Source: the human T2T-CHM13v2.0 reference genome, Homo sapiens
Direction: 5' to 3' (one strand)
DNA length: 64,000 nucleotides
NCBI RefSeq assembly: GCF_009914755.1
Contig: NC_060947.1
Shown: piece after piece, positions 1-13,474 of the stretch
Numbering within the stretch: the first letter of the stretch is position 1
Layout of the letters: each line of letters opens with the position of its first letter
Notes under the pieces: model-generated
Seen by the model: only the letters and a program-made list of their open reading frames with translations
Databases searched by the model: none
What the model was told of the DNA's origin: nothing
Program-made: the position numbers and the translations under genes

Positions 1-335
1 AGCCAAGTCTCAGCGTCAACCAAATCCTACAAGGGAGTTCTGAAGTGTAAATTATAACTCAGAGTTTGCTCCAACCAGAGGCAAGGGAGTTTGGTTTTCA
101 TACACCTGCACCAGTTAGTTAAACCCCACTCTCACCTGGGGAAACATAACCCCCAAGCACTTCTCTCTCCACCTATCAGGGCAAAGAGCTCTAGTAGCCC
201 CAAAGATGACATCCTAAAAGAATCACAGGTATGGACCATTAGAGACAAAGCACACAGAAGCTGGGGAAGGAGTACGCAGGATGATTAAAGGGATTATCAG
301 AGGGCTCATGGTGGGATGCTGAGAGTGTCCATGAC
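1..335 (-). mobile_element. ERVL solo LTR, LTR16A-like (runs off window start)
   Basis: Reverse complement begins TGTCATGGAC and contains ...GGTGTATGAAAACCAAACTCCCTTGCCTC...AAACTCTGAGTTATAATTTACACTTCAGAACTCCC, resembling the recalled LTR16A consensus. Confidence 0.6.
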
Positions 336-1516
336 AAACCCTATTTAAATTATTTTTTGACCTTTTCTCTGCCTGTTGTCTTTACCTTTTCCCCAAAATA
401 CTAGCTTCCTCCATGAGCCAGGGAACATGGTTGTCAATTACTCTTAAGTATCACATCCTGCAGGTTTCACCACCAAATTGGAAGCTTTGTACTCAGTGCC
501 AGTTAGGAAAGTCATGAGGAAAGAAGAACTTGTATTGGCCTGGCTTGAATACAGTGCTCACTTTTGAACCAATCTAGCCTTGGGGACAGGGTGATATAAA
601 AACATGGTGGCCCTACAAGAGCTACATTTGAAGTAAAGTAAGAAGCAGTTTCTAAAAGAAGAAGGGCTGTGATATTGCTAGAAGAAGGTAGATATGCTGA
701 TGAGACTAAAAAGAAACCAAACCCACTTGGTTGGAGAATGGGGTTGTCATGGTGAGAGTTACGTGTTCAGTCCTTATAGGACTTGTCAGTGCTCTACATA
801 GAGAACCTAGTTAAGATTGCATCCTTACTATAAGTGGGTCTGCAGGTGCCAGTTTCTGGTCACAAAAAAAATATGCATATGAAAGAAGAAATTGCATATT
901 ATTTGCAGAAAAAATCTCAAATGGACACCCTGTTGGGGTACATACAAACATGAATTCAGTCTTCATTAATTTAGTCTATTGGATCCTTATGCATGGATTT
1001 CCTTGTTAAATACAAAAGGGATTTTCAATGTAGGAAATATACAGCTGGAGGGGGACTGGACCATTTAGATTACCTCAATTTATTCTCTTAGCCTGAGTTT
1101 TCTTTGTGAGGCTACAGATGCTTAATAACTGTTTAATCCAACTAGAGGCTCTTCTCTCTAGTATCTTAGAGGTGAGATACCTACATTTATTTCTTCAGTT
1201 TAAAGAGATGCTGTCTTTGCTCATTTAACACCACTTTCAACCTATGTCTCTGCTTCTGTTTATCAAGAATTTTTAGTGTAACATGCTCTGATATTAACAT
1301 AGTCTTGCATGAATATTGCAATGTGCAGAGGGACAGTGTTGTTATCACGTATCAGCAGTTGGTGTTTATTGGTGATAAATGAGTTTCGTTCCCATTGAGA
1401 GCAATATCCCTGGTTTTTACTCTATTATCTAGGTAGAGATGAAAGATATAATATATCCTTAAAGCGGTATTCATACAGTTATCCAGTTAATGAGGCATTA
1501 AGGGAAGGGGTTGTGG

Positions 1517-1672
1517 AGAGACACACACACAGAAGGGGGAAGAGCGGCGGAGAGAGACACACACAAAGAGAGACACTCAGGTACAGAGACACACAGAGAC
1601 AGAGAGGAAAGGAGAGACATGTAGAGAGGCAGAGAGAGAGAAGCAAGGAAAGAGAGAACACAAAAGAGAAGC
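1517..1672. repeat. GA/CA-rich low-complexity simple repeat
   Basis: Runs of gagaga/cacaca; explains ORF 1479-1775. Confidence 0.85.
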
Positions 1673-2120
1673 AGAATCTGAAAATACTGTGAATCCTGTG
1701 CAGTATATCTCCAGGGTTTTGCTGTCCTATAATTTGTAAGAAAATATTATCAGACTGGGTAAAGTGGTGAATCATTAGTATTTATGATGAACAAATTTCC
1801 AAGATTGTATTTCATGGTAAGCTGGGTGCTTCTTTTGCTGTTTGGAGTTAGTCTCCCTAGTGCTGACAGCAGAGGCTTAATTCAATGAGTAAATTCATAC
1901 CTACATGTTGGCGGAGGCACCACTTTGTTTACCTCTGTCGAACATTGAATCAAGGGAGTTAAGTGGAAACAGTTCATCGGCCCGGGCATTCGGATCCACT
2001 ATGTGCAGGGCAGAGAAGTTTCACCTGTTGAAAGAATAAGTTCAGGGAAGATGGACTTTGAAAGCTGGCTATTAGGAGTTGCTATGTGGACCTTGGGGCT
2101 CATTTTAGGAGCTGCACTAA

Positions 2121-2225
2121 TTCAGGTCAATTCAACAAACATTTCTTGAGCATATGCCATATGTCAGATCTTATGCTAGGCACTGGGGATTCCAAGATAA
2201 ATCATAGTGCCTGTCCTCAGCCATG
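2121..2225 (-). mobile_element. L2 3'-end fragment
   Basis: ttcaacaaacatttcttgagc...tgctaggcactggggat matches the L2 3' tail in reverse. Confidence 0.55.
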
Positions 2226-2454
2226 TAAATAGATTATTTCTAATCATTGTGGTACATGCTGTGGTGGAACTGAACTCATGATGCGTGGAAATACAAAAGA
2301 GAGTTACCTCATGCCTTTCAGATGGTAAGCGTGGGCCAGGAACATTTGTACGTATGAAATATGGCAAAGATAAGGAGGTTAACTGGCTAGGATGGACTAC
2401 ATGGACACCACAAATCCAACAACTGAGTTTTCTGGCCTGAAGATTAGATCCTGT

Positions 2455-2886
2455 ATGGTTATCCTTAGTTGCTATTTATTAAATGCTGGCCAACAATTGC
2501 TATCCTAATGCTGGTCAAATTAATGCTTATCCTTAATGTTTATCATTAATACCAGTTGACAATGATTATCCTAGGGTTGCTCGGCATAATGCTTATCCTT
2601 AATACTGGTTCACAATGGTTATCCTAATGCTGGTTATCATAAGGCTTATCCTTAATAGGAATAATAAGGATAATGCTTTTCCTTAATAAGGATAGTAAGG
2701 GTAATGCTTATCCTTAATAAGCAAGTCAACAGTGGTTATCCTTAATGCTGGTCAATAGAATGCTTATGCTTATTGTTAGCCTAAGTGCTGGTCAAAAATG
2801 GTTGTCTTTAATGGGGGTAAATGAAGGCTATCAATACTGGTCAATAATGTCTATACTTAATGGTCATCTTTAATGCTGATCAACAA
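2455..2886. repeat. Degenerate minisatellite, ~26-27 bp unit
   Basis: Recurrent aatg(c/g)ttatcc(t)taat(a/g)ctggtcaac(a) units, roughly 15 copies. Confidence 0.85.
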
Positions 2887-2899
2887 CTATTTAGGTCTT

Positions 2900-3250
2900 T
2901 CTTTGTTTTCTGGTCACATGGTAGGAGGGCACTCTGTGGCCCCCTTAGAGATGGGTAGTCTCACTTGATTAGTTATGGCAAAGCATTGCGACTATAGGTG
3001 ATGTGTGTCACTTTGAGACTGGAACATTTAATCCCAGGGGTAAGAGCCTCCAAGCCTCTCTTTTCTTCTTGGATAGTGACCAGCAACATCTGCAGTGACA
3101 GTTGCTCCATCAGCTTGAGTGTTATGAGCAGACCAGTCCAGTAGCCCTGCAATGGATATGTAGCATGAATGAGAAATAAATGTTTGTATTTAAGCAATTG
3201 AGATGTGAGTGCGATTTGTTCCTGCAGAAGAACATAAACTAACTTGACTG
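2900..3250 (+). mobile_element. MaLR solo LTR, MLT1 (I/J-like)
   Basis: gtgatgtgtgtcactt...tgtagcatgaatgagaaataaatgtttgtatttaagcaattgagat, a typical MLT1 3' half with AATAAA. Confidence 0.7.
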
Positions 3251-3407
3251 GCTCTCAGCCTCAGTTGCACACTGGACTCACCAAAGGAGCTTTGAAAAGA
3301 TGCCTATGTCTGTGTTTGGCTGAAAATCAGCTGGATTAGAATCCAAAGGTGCGAGTCCTGAATATTATTATTTTTGAAATTGAATTTTAAAAATTCAACT
3401 ATGGAAT

Positions 3408-3510
3408 GACTAGAATGTAAGCTTCATGAGGGCAAGGATGTGGTATTAATTACTGCTCTATACTCTCATGGCATACGCTAAATAAATACTTGTTAAATGA
3501 GTGAATAAAC
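3408..3510 (+). mobile_element. L2 3'-end fragment
   Basis: actagaatgtaagcttcatgagggcaagga...aataaatacttgttaaatgagtgaat. Confidence 0.6.
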
Positions 3511-4192
3511 ACTATCATGCCTAGTTTATTGAGTTTCCTACACTAGGATTTGTATCCTGCTTCCTATGTCATATACTCAAACCATACCCATTACCTGGGG
3601 TCGTCTTCTTAAAGAATGCTTGAGAAGAGGACCCCAGGTTGCTTTGTCTACCTTCCAGTACCTCGACTTCTGTATATGTGTCAGCCCACCTCTGTTTTGA
3701 GTCTGTCTGTTGTAACTCCTGAAACACTGATCATTAATATGTCCAAAGGTGTCCACAAAGGCCATTAGTCATTTCCTTAGCCCCATTGCCTATATCCTGC
3801 ATGCTCCTGGCTTCTCTCTCTTCCCATAGACTCAGATCATACATTGTTTCTTAGTTATAATTCAAGGAACTTGCATAGTTATATTCTTGTCTTTAATACT
3901 CATTATTGTGATAATACTTTGTATTTCTTTAGTAGTCATTTTTATATAGTTATTTACATATCATTTAAAGCTTTCATAAAGCTATTATTCTGCTACATAA
4001 ATGTGCATTACCAGTTAAAGATTCACAACAGACTTGAAATACCCTTGCTATTGAATTTCAGAACCATGTTCTTGGAATCTAAAAGAAAGCCATAGCAAAA
4101 CTTGCTTATATTGCAAGCCAAATGAAAGAAAAGCTCTTTTACCCCATTTTTACTTCTTCCAACATCTTATTCATCTTGATTGATATTCCATT

Positions 4193-4515
<323 letters not shown>

Positions 4516-5175
4516 CCATTTCTGATCATAGATATGAAAACAGAAAATGATATTCATACTGTAATGATCTCCAAGGCCTAGCTGAGTACCTGCTCTTCCA
4601 CCAAACCTTTCTCTAGGCTTCCCAAACCACAGTGATCTTTTTATTCTCTGAGCTCCCAAGAAATTTTGTGGACTGAACTAATCATCTTGGCACTTGGATT
4701 GTGTTTAATTGTGTGTCTGCTTGTGTGGATATTAAGTTCATTGAAAAATTATGAGTTATCTAGTAATTATTGTATATTCTCTGTAGTGCTTAACAGTGAA
4801 AGAGAGTTGATGTTCAATACATTTACTCAGTAAATACTTAAACAAGTATATTTATTCAAATGTTATATATATATGATCCTTGACTGAATGAATAGGAAAA
4901 TTTATATGTACACATATATATATTATATATATAATTATATATATATAATTATATATGTATATAATTTATTACATTCATCAAATGGAAATTTATGGTTTAT
5001 ATCAAGACCATAATTACAGTGAAATGATTCTAAATCTTGAAGCTCTTCTTATTTAATTACTTAAAAAATTAAGAGTTTTTAAATTCAGACATCCATTGTG
5101 TTCTGTAGCGTATCGCCATCATTGTGGCTCTTGGCTATGACTTTTGAGCAATGCTTCCAGCAAGATAATGCCTGA

Positions 5176-5579
<404 letters not shown>

Positions 5580-5977
5580 ACTAATGAATTTTTCATCAGA
5601 TATATAAATGCATAAATCTGGCACTCAGCCAATCATTTCTTTCATTCCAGTAAGGAATAAATGTATTTAAACCAATTGAGGGAATCTGTATATGATCATT
5701 GGTTTCACGATCTTTCTTATAACCTTATTTTTAGCCATTTAATAATAGTGCTTGTATTTAATGAATTTTTTTATTTAAAGAATATTGTCTTTCTGAATCA
5801 ATTACATGCTTCTTGTGAAGAAGAATGAAGTTGTCTTGGTCACCACCTGCAACAATGTTCATTAACTGTTCATTGACCTGATTACTTATTAAGTTGAATG
5901 AAATAATTGAATACAGTTAAATGTGCATGCAATATTGATTATATATTATTTGTTATAAAATACAGTTTCATCAAATC

Positions 5978-6165
5978 AGGCTGGTTTTTCTTGTATTGTG
6001 GACTTCTTTAGCAGTCTGGTGAAATCTGTGGCCTCCTTCTCAGAATGATGTTTTTAGATGTATAAAATAAAATGCATAGAGTTAGGAGGTATCAACTTCA
6101 TGAATGCCTTGAATTCTGTCCATGGTACTCCTAGTCCATGATCTCCAAGTTATGAACCCTTGGGC
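5978..6165. mobile_element. hAT-Charlie DNA transposon remnant (Charlie4-like)
   Basis: ttgtggacttctttagcagtctggtgaaatctgtgg...tctcagaatgatgttttt...ccaagttatgaaccct resembles the recalled consensus. Confidence 0.5.
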
Positions 6166-6751
6166 CAGGGGCATGAAAGCCTTATAGAATGAGTAAATCA
6201 TAATTGATAAACAACTCTTGTTACTATATGCACACATTCCATGAAAAAATTCCATGTGTTTTACTTGTGATAAAAATCTTATAGTGGAATTAGCTTTTCT
6301 AAAAGTGTCAGCAATATTGTTGGTAACTTTGTGTTGTGAAATATACATTTTTTGACATAAGTAAATGAGAATATGAAGTATGAATGATTTGCATAGATTC
6401 TTGTGAGAAAAGGAAAATTTACCACATTTCTCTTTGAAGACACATTCAATTTTTCTATGTGTCACATACAAAATAAACAGAAAACATAAAGATGTATTAA
6501 TAAACACTGATACGTGATTGATATTTTTATTGTATTGGGTTTGTATTTGTCTATGTGTTTAAATATTCCCTGCTAACTCAGTTGAATATATTGTCATGAC
6601 CCAAACTAAAAACTGATAATAACCAGTTTTCCATGATTTTTAATTTGTTAGTCATTATTTATAGTAATCATCTATTAAGAGTATGTGGCATGATATACAT
6701 ATGGTGTGCGTATACATACATGCAGACACAAACACACACACACGTACACAC

Positions 6752-7022
6752 TGGAGGCAGTGTTGCATAACAGAATGAAGTTGGGTTTGAAATCAGATGG
6801 ATATGGTTTTGAATCCTGTCTCTTCCTCTTAGAACTTTTGTGACCTTAGGTGTCTCCTTTTCTCCCTTTCTTCCTCTTTTGCTTCATTCAGAAATATTCA
6901 TACTGTGCTTAGCAAGGTATATGGGGGTAAATAAACTGATGTGAAATCTGTGTCTCTAAGCCTCAGTCTCTTCATTTGTAAAACAGGGAGCATCATATCG
7001 ACCTTATTGGATGCAGTATGAA
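6752..7022 (+). mobile_element. MIR (interrupted at about 6855-6950)
   Basis: gaggcagtgttgcata...ttgaatcctgtctct...tgtgaccttagg and tctctaagcctcagtctcttcatttgtaaaacaggg MIR core. Confidence 0.65.
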
Positions 7023-7223
7023 ATGGCTTTTCTAGAACATTTTGTTGTCTTTTGATTATGTTTACCCAGGAGAAGAGTTCAAGACATACTCACTCTACCC
7101 GATACTTGCATCTTTCTTACAGTGGTGAAGCTCACTTAGAACTCATGAGAATATGCAACTAGCAATGATTTAAAGTAATGAAGACTGAGATAAATAACAC
7201 ATATCAGAAATATAAGTCTAGAT

Positions 7224-7388
7224 CAGTGTTTCCCTAATTTAAGAATAAATCACCTCAAGGACCACAAATTTCTGAGCCATATCCCTGGAATTTCTGATTC
7301 AGAAGTTCTAAGTGGGACCCAAGAATTTGCATTTCTAACAAGTTCTAGGTGATGCTGATATGCTTTTCCACACTGAAGATCACTGGTC
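7224..7388. mobile_element. MER5A (hAT-Charlie)
   Basis: tttctgattcagaagttctaagtgggacccaagaatttgcatttctaacaagttctaggtgatgctgat; cagtg...cactg termini. Confidence 0.8.
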
Positions 7389-7526
7389 AAGACTTCACCA
7401 CACTACAAATGTAATGTAGCAGAAGATCTACTAGAGCTCAGAGCATCTTGCAGTTTGCTAGTGGGCCACAGAACGTCACTTGAGAGCTCCAATTTTAAAT
7501 AAAAAAAGGAAGACAGGAAGAAAATA

Positions 7527-8046
7527 CAGTACACAGAATAATGGCCCTCAAAAATGTCCATTTCCGAATCCCTGAAACCTATAAATATATTAGCTTACAT
7601 GGCAGTAGGGACTTTGCAGATGTGATAAAATTAAGGACCTGGAGATGGGGAGATCAACATGGATTATCTGTGTTGGCCTAATGCAATCATACAAGTTCTT
7701 ATAAGGAAAAGAGAGAGGCAGGAGAGTCACAGACAGGGAAGGAGGTGTGATGACAGAAGCAGATAAGGAGAAGGAGATGTGACAATGGATGCAGAGGTTG
7801 GAGTGATGCAAGGTAGGGGCAACGATCCAAGAGACGGAGGGGCCGTCCAGACACTGGAAAAGGCAAAGAAAATGGATGTTTCCTAGAGTCTCCAAAAGGA
7901 ATGCAGCCCTGCCAACCCTTTATTTTAGCTCAATCAGACAAGTTTCTAACTTCTGATCCCCAAAACTGTAAGATCATAAAATTGTGTTGTTTTTAAGCCG
8001 TGAAATTTGTGGTAATTCTTTATAGCAGTAATAGGAAACTAATATA
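7527..8046 (+). mobile_element. MaLR solo LTR, MLT1D-like
   Basis: cagaataatggccctcaaaaatgtcca...gggactttgcagatgtgat...tatagcagtaataggaaactaatata. Confidence 0.85.
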
Positions 8047-8973
8047 TCAAGTAAGGATAGGTAAGAGACAAATTAGCACCTTACTCAATTTACCCAAGCA
8101 AGAGATTATCAATGCTTCAGAATGCAATTATTTATCCTTTCCCTTAAGGAGGTTGGTTAAAACAGTTAAAAATGAATTTTCTAAGCTATTTAATGGGTCT
8201 GTAGATATGGTATCAGTCATTACTCTATTCAACAGCAACCCTCAATATCCTCATCACCCTTAATTCGTCCACTGCTACACCAAGTCTGCTGACCCTAGAC
8301 TGTTGGTTCGAATGTAGCCACATGAGTCTGAATGTAAAATCTGGTCTGGTCTGATTCACCTATAAGAACTTCAGGTGTGTTGGTCTTACTACTCTGAAAC
8401 TGTGAAGATAAATAAAACCCAAATGTGCTGTGTGCACCCAGCCAAAGAAATTGCGTACACTTCTTTCTTAAGTTTAGAGACTTCTCTACCCCTTCTCAAA
8501 CATAGATTGTACAAATTGTCATGAAAGCTAAGGAAATATAAACACTCATACACACATATTTCTTAAAGAATGTCTCTCTAATCATCATTTGGCTCATCTT
8601 AATGCATCTGCATATCTGGACCAGTGCAATGCATATTTTCATAACTTTTGTATGGTACCTACATTCTTTATATTTACAAATGTTGGCAGGTATCTCCTTA
8701 TTTTAGTAAATCCCAAATGAATTAGGACATTGCCTCAATACTAAGGCATATTCCTCTCTCATATTTTGATGTTTCTGATATAATTATATACAATCAATGT
8801 GGTAGTCTATTTTTTCTTCTCAACAGCCATTATTAATCTGATGGTAATTTTTACAATTCTTGGTGTGCTAGATAAGCACAAGTATAGGAGTATTATTGTT
8901 GTTGTTTGGCTTGGCAAAAATATTTATATTGAATTTTAAACATACATTTTGAATTTCCTGTAAACATTTAGAA

Positions 8974-9122
8974 TGCTAGGGATAATTAAGAAGGGTTAAA
9001 GTTACAGTTTACAAAATCCTTTCATAGTAAAGCCACAGTTTACAAAATTTTTTCAAAATACTTTCAAAGTTTCATAGTTGAGCTTCATGACAAATCCATG
9101 TTGTGGAAATTATTGTCCTCAT
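8974..9122 (+). repeat. 149-bp direct repeat, derived copy of 10947-11095
   Basis: 148/149 identical; single mismatch 9027 g vs 11000 a; offset 1973 bp. Confidence 0.97.
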
Positions 9123-9397
9123 ATAAAACTAAACTAATAAAATATATATGTGGATTTGATTATCAAAGAATACAGCTATTACCCATAGTGAAGACACACT
9201 TTCTAAATAGGCAAAAGCTTTCCCTGAGTCATGAAAGAGTTGGAGACGATCTGGAGGTCTTTATTTCAGGAGTCATTACTAATCTAGGATGACAAGTGTG
9301 CCTGCAGTCAAAAGCAGAAGTTGGAATCTGAGTGAGTTGCTTATGGAAACAAGATTTTTCTTTAGGGAGTGAGAATGCTGCTTGTAAAGCAGAAGTG

Positions 9398-9399
<2 letters not shown>

Positions 9400-9437
<38 letters not shown>

Positions 9438-9438
9438 T
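9400..9438. repeat. (TA)n(CA)n microsatellite
   Basis: Direct reading. Confidence 0.95.
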
Positions 9439-10946
9439 ATGTAATTTCAAAAAATCCTGTATATTGATTCTGTAGGATTTTCTCTGTCAGGACTCATAAG
9501 AACAAATGACCTCATTGATTTTTGCAAGTATGCAATCCTCACATGGTGTATAGCTGCACCAATGATTGAGAATAAATTAGAGTTATCTAAGTTCCTCAGG
9601 CTAAGCTTTGGTAGGAATAGAGTGGGGTTCATTGGTTTCAATGTTAAGATACTGAGGACATGACTTTTGAAGCCTCTAGCATTCAAGGGGATGTGATATG
9701 GTATAATGTTTTCTCCCACTCATTTGACATCAGCTGTCATTGTATTTATTCTAAGAATTAGGGTAAATCAATGTCATATATTTGTTTTATTACTACCTTT
9801 CAATGCATGAACAAGTAAGAGTAATATATGCAAATTAATTTAATACTCCCTATTTTGTGTCCCTTTCTAATGCAGCAGAGAGAAGAGTTTTCATTTGGTA
9901 TTGTAAGGAAGAGAAAGAAAATTCACTAAAATTAATAGGTAAGTTGGTGATACCATTAAATTAGAGATAATGTTGATTTCACCATTAATTTACAATTTAT
10001 TTGCAAACGTATTTCTAATGGAATAGCAATTTAGGTCAATAAATAATTTACATTCAATGAATGTTTGTTGAAAGAATGGTTATGACAAAAACATATAATT
10101 GGACTGTTCCTCATTGAAGATTTATTCATTTACATATGTTTATAATTGACATACAGTTGGCCTGAGGGGCTCATAAAGGCAAGATTTGTATATGTGATTT
10201 TGGAATTTTGGAAAATTATATTTTGCTTCACATATTTTCCCTTCAATGACTTTAGAATGATTTTCTCCTACTGCATGAATGACACTTCAAAAATGTTTCA
10301 TTCCTTGCACCTGTGTTGAGGTACAAGCCTCCTTTCATGAGACCTACATTTTCCTTCTATTTTCAGATTTTCTGTCTTTATTGGTAAGCCTATTACAGAT
10401 CTGTTCTGACACAAAGATCTTCTTGTTTTTCCACTGTAATGTCAGCATCAACCCCTAACACTTCATGTCCCTTTGTTGTCAGATTTTAATTAACTAGATG
10501 CATGCATTGTTGATGTTTACATGCAACAGATGGCTTAGCTGGAAGAGGTAGATAAATTTAGCTTCTGTTGGGCATGTATGACTAATATAGTGGAACAAAA
10601 AATGTGTAGAAAAATGACTTGGATTCTTCTGTGTTTTGAAAGCTTTGTAAATTCAGCGTTGGGAAAGTATATCTTTTTATAAAACTGAAGTTCCTTGAAG
10701 GCAGAGGTCTGGCATATGTTTGCCTTGGTAAAGAACTGGCATGAGCAAAGGGAAGTTTATGGCTTTGGATGTTGGAGCAGAACCCTTGGCTAATCATAGT
10801 CACTCAGAGAAGAGGCAGGTGGCTGATCCTCAAGGACAAAACTATTTTTCCTTGTATTTAGAATAGTGTTAAGTTCTCAATAAATAATTGCTGGTAGATA
10901 AATGAGTGAGTGAATGAATGCGTGTATGGATAAATGCATGAATGGC

Positions 10947-11228
10947 TGCTAGGGATAATTAAGAAGGGTTAAAGTTACAGTTTACAAAATCCTTTCATAA
11001 TAAAGCCACAGTTTACAAAATTTTTTCAAAATACTTTCAAAGTTTCATAGTTGAGCTTCATGACAAATCCATGTTGTGGAAATTATTGTCCTCATTTTAC
11101 AGCTAAGAAAGCCAAGGTTAAGAAAGATACAGTGACTTGTCCAAAGTCGCTAGCTGGTAAATGGTGAAGGCATAATTTAACCAGAATTTCAGGCTCCAAA
11201 TTCTCTACTCCTTTGGTTATATACTGCC
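10947..11228 (-). mobile_element. MIR; includes donor copy (10947-11095) of the 149-bp repeat
   Basis: attattgtcctcattttacagctaagaaagccaagg...agtgacttgtccaaagtcgctagctggtaaatgg MIR core, continuous past the repeat end. Confidence 0.75.
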
Positions 11229-11749
11229 ATGTCCTATTTTCCCTGTTCAAAGGGAACTTGGGTGTCTAGGAAGATAATGGAAGGATTTCTGGTGAGCTGG
11301 ATATTTATAGAGCTACAGATTTCTTTGAGGCCCTAACGTAGATCTCCCTTTATTCATGGCTTACTAGAGAGACCCAATGATCCCTGCCCTTGGGGAACTA
11401 CACCTGACCTCTTTCATAGCAACAGATTTCAACATTGAAGCCAGCAGCCATTTAAAATAATCACACTTGAATAGAGTCAGATAATGTGATATATTACTTT
11501 TCTACTTTTCCAAAAAGAAGCAAAACTGTTTTTTGAAACCCTAGAAATAAATTTAATAGAAACCCTTAAATGCATGCCCATACACATTTTCAGAAGAATT
11601 CCTAAACTTTTGGGCCTGAGATTTTTCCTGAGTAGCTAATGCTAATAAATATAATGATTTCCCACACTCAGACTTGCTAATTTTTAAAATCTGTTTTTGA
11701 AGATTTCTTAACACACAGACTTTTGAAAACAAATAAATACAGGCCAATT

Positions 11750-11940
11750 CTGTGGCTCTCAAAACATAGTCCCCAGACCAGTAGTGTATCACCAGGGAGC
11801 TTGCTAGAAATACAAATTATTAGGTCCCACCCAAGACCTACTGAATCGGACACTCTGGGGGTGGAGTCCAGCAATTTGTGTTTTAACAAACCATCCAGGA
11901 AATTCTGATTCTGATGCGTGCTGAGGTTTGAGAACCACTA
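11750..11940. mobile_element. MER5A (hAT-Charlie)
   Basis: atcaccagggagcttgctagaaatacaaattattaggtcccacccaagacctactgaatcggacactctggggg...tttgagaaccact. Confidence 0.85.
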
Positions 11941-12544
11941 AGGTATATTAAGAGTGCAAAGACCTATGCAAACACCTGCCTTCAAGTCCACTTTCTAGTC
12001 TGGAAAGCTGAGACTGATCTTAAGTTTCTGCATTATCTTTCCTGTGTATGTGTTTCCCATACCCAGAAGAGTAGCCAGCATGGAGTTGATACTGTGTGAA
12101 TATCGGTTGAATGAATGAATAGTTGCATAGAGTGTTATTTATTTCAGACTTACGGTGGACCTATTAAAATGTGTTTAATTATTGTTTACCAGCTTCAAAA
12201 TTTTAAATGTGTTTTGAATATAACACAAGCATAATTTAGTTAAGGAATTGATAGATATTAAAACTGGAAGTGAATTTTAAAAGATTTTGGAATGAACAAA
12301 GCGAGAAGAAAGTTGTCATCATAACATCCTGCAATCTACAGTTTGGCAAAAATGAGTATTCAATCCTTCTCAGTTTTCCACTCTCCTAAGTTTGTTTCTT
12401 GATTTAAAAACTTTAAGTTTTGCTTTTAAATGTTGACTTTCATGAATAACGCAACCTGTAAGTTATATACGTGATAAAATGGATTATGAATGATCTAAGC
12501 ATTCCAGAGCAGGTTATCAGGTCACATTTTGAAGTTTCCATCTA

Positions 12545-12757
12545 CAGTTTTGTCCAGTAGAGCTCGCTGAGAGATAGATGACGGAAATGTTCTGTTATCT
12601 GTGCTGTCCCATATAGTAGCCACTTACCACACGCGACCATTGAGTACTTGAAATGTGGCTAGTGCAAGTGAGGAAATAAGTTTTTTATTTTAATTAACTT
12701 AAATTTCAAATTAAATAGCCACATGTGACAAGTGGCTACCATATTGGACAGTGCTGT
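12545..12757. mobile_element. MER3-like (hAT-Charlie)
   Basis: ctgtgctgtcccatatagtagccact...ttgaaatgtggctagt...agtggctaccatattggacagtgctg with internal inverted repeats. Confidence 0.8.
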
Positions 12758-13019
12758 TCCAGAGGAATTTACAAATCTATTTGGGATGGTTTTGTATATA
12801 GTTCTTTCTGGAGGCAAGGTATAAAGTATTTTGGAACCCTATAACTTGAAGAAATGTATGACATTATCTGTCAACTCTCTGCTTTCTCCACGCCTTGACA
12901 AATAAGGACACTAGAACCTGGAAAAGTGAAATTGTTTGCCTGAGGTCATATAATTTGCCAGTGATAGGACAGTAACTAGAAACTAGGTTTTCTAATACAC
13001 AGACCAGTAGACAGAATTG

Positions 13020-13425
13020 ACTTTTTAAAGTAAGTATTTAAAATATACAGAAAAGTAAAAAAGATAATTTAACAAATGTTCATACTCACTACCCAGTGTT
13101 AATCAAGGCCAACATTGATTTATTTGCATAGAGTAAAAGCCTTTTTGTGACCCAGCCCCATTCTCTTCTACTCCCTTCCCCATTTAGAAGTAGGTGTGAT
13201 TAATACACTTTTAGTATGTGTATGTTTCTTTAAATAATTTATAGTGTTGCATATTTAAATTTTTTAAATAAATGGTATTAAGCTAGATGTGTCTGTGCAA
13301 TTTTTTCTCAGCAATATTTATCTCAATATTACTAATGTTGACACATATAACTCTAGTTTATTAAATTTAACTGCTTAATAGTATTTTATGGTATGTTTTA
13401 TACCACAATTTGTTTATCCAGTCTT
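13020..13425 (-). mobile_element. Ancient L1M (L1ME-like) 3' fragment
   Basis: aaatatacagaaaagt...ataaatggtatt...ttaactgcttaatagtattttatggtatgtttataccacaatttgtttatcca. Confidence 0.55.
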
Positions 13426-13474
13426 GGAAAGTCTGGTTTTATCATTCTAAGATTTCTATTTCCCTTTTCACGAT

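Noticed and set aside
400-640. Possible old MLT1 fragment
   Set aside because: Resemblance too weak to assign family or boundaries by eye
2455-2886. CRISPR-like array
   Set aside because: Units are degenerate and abutting with no unique spacers; no cas genes; the DNA is human
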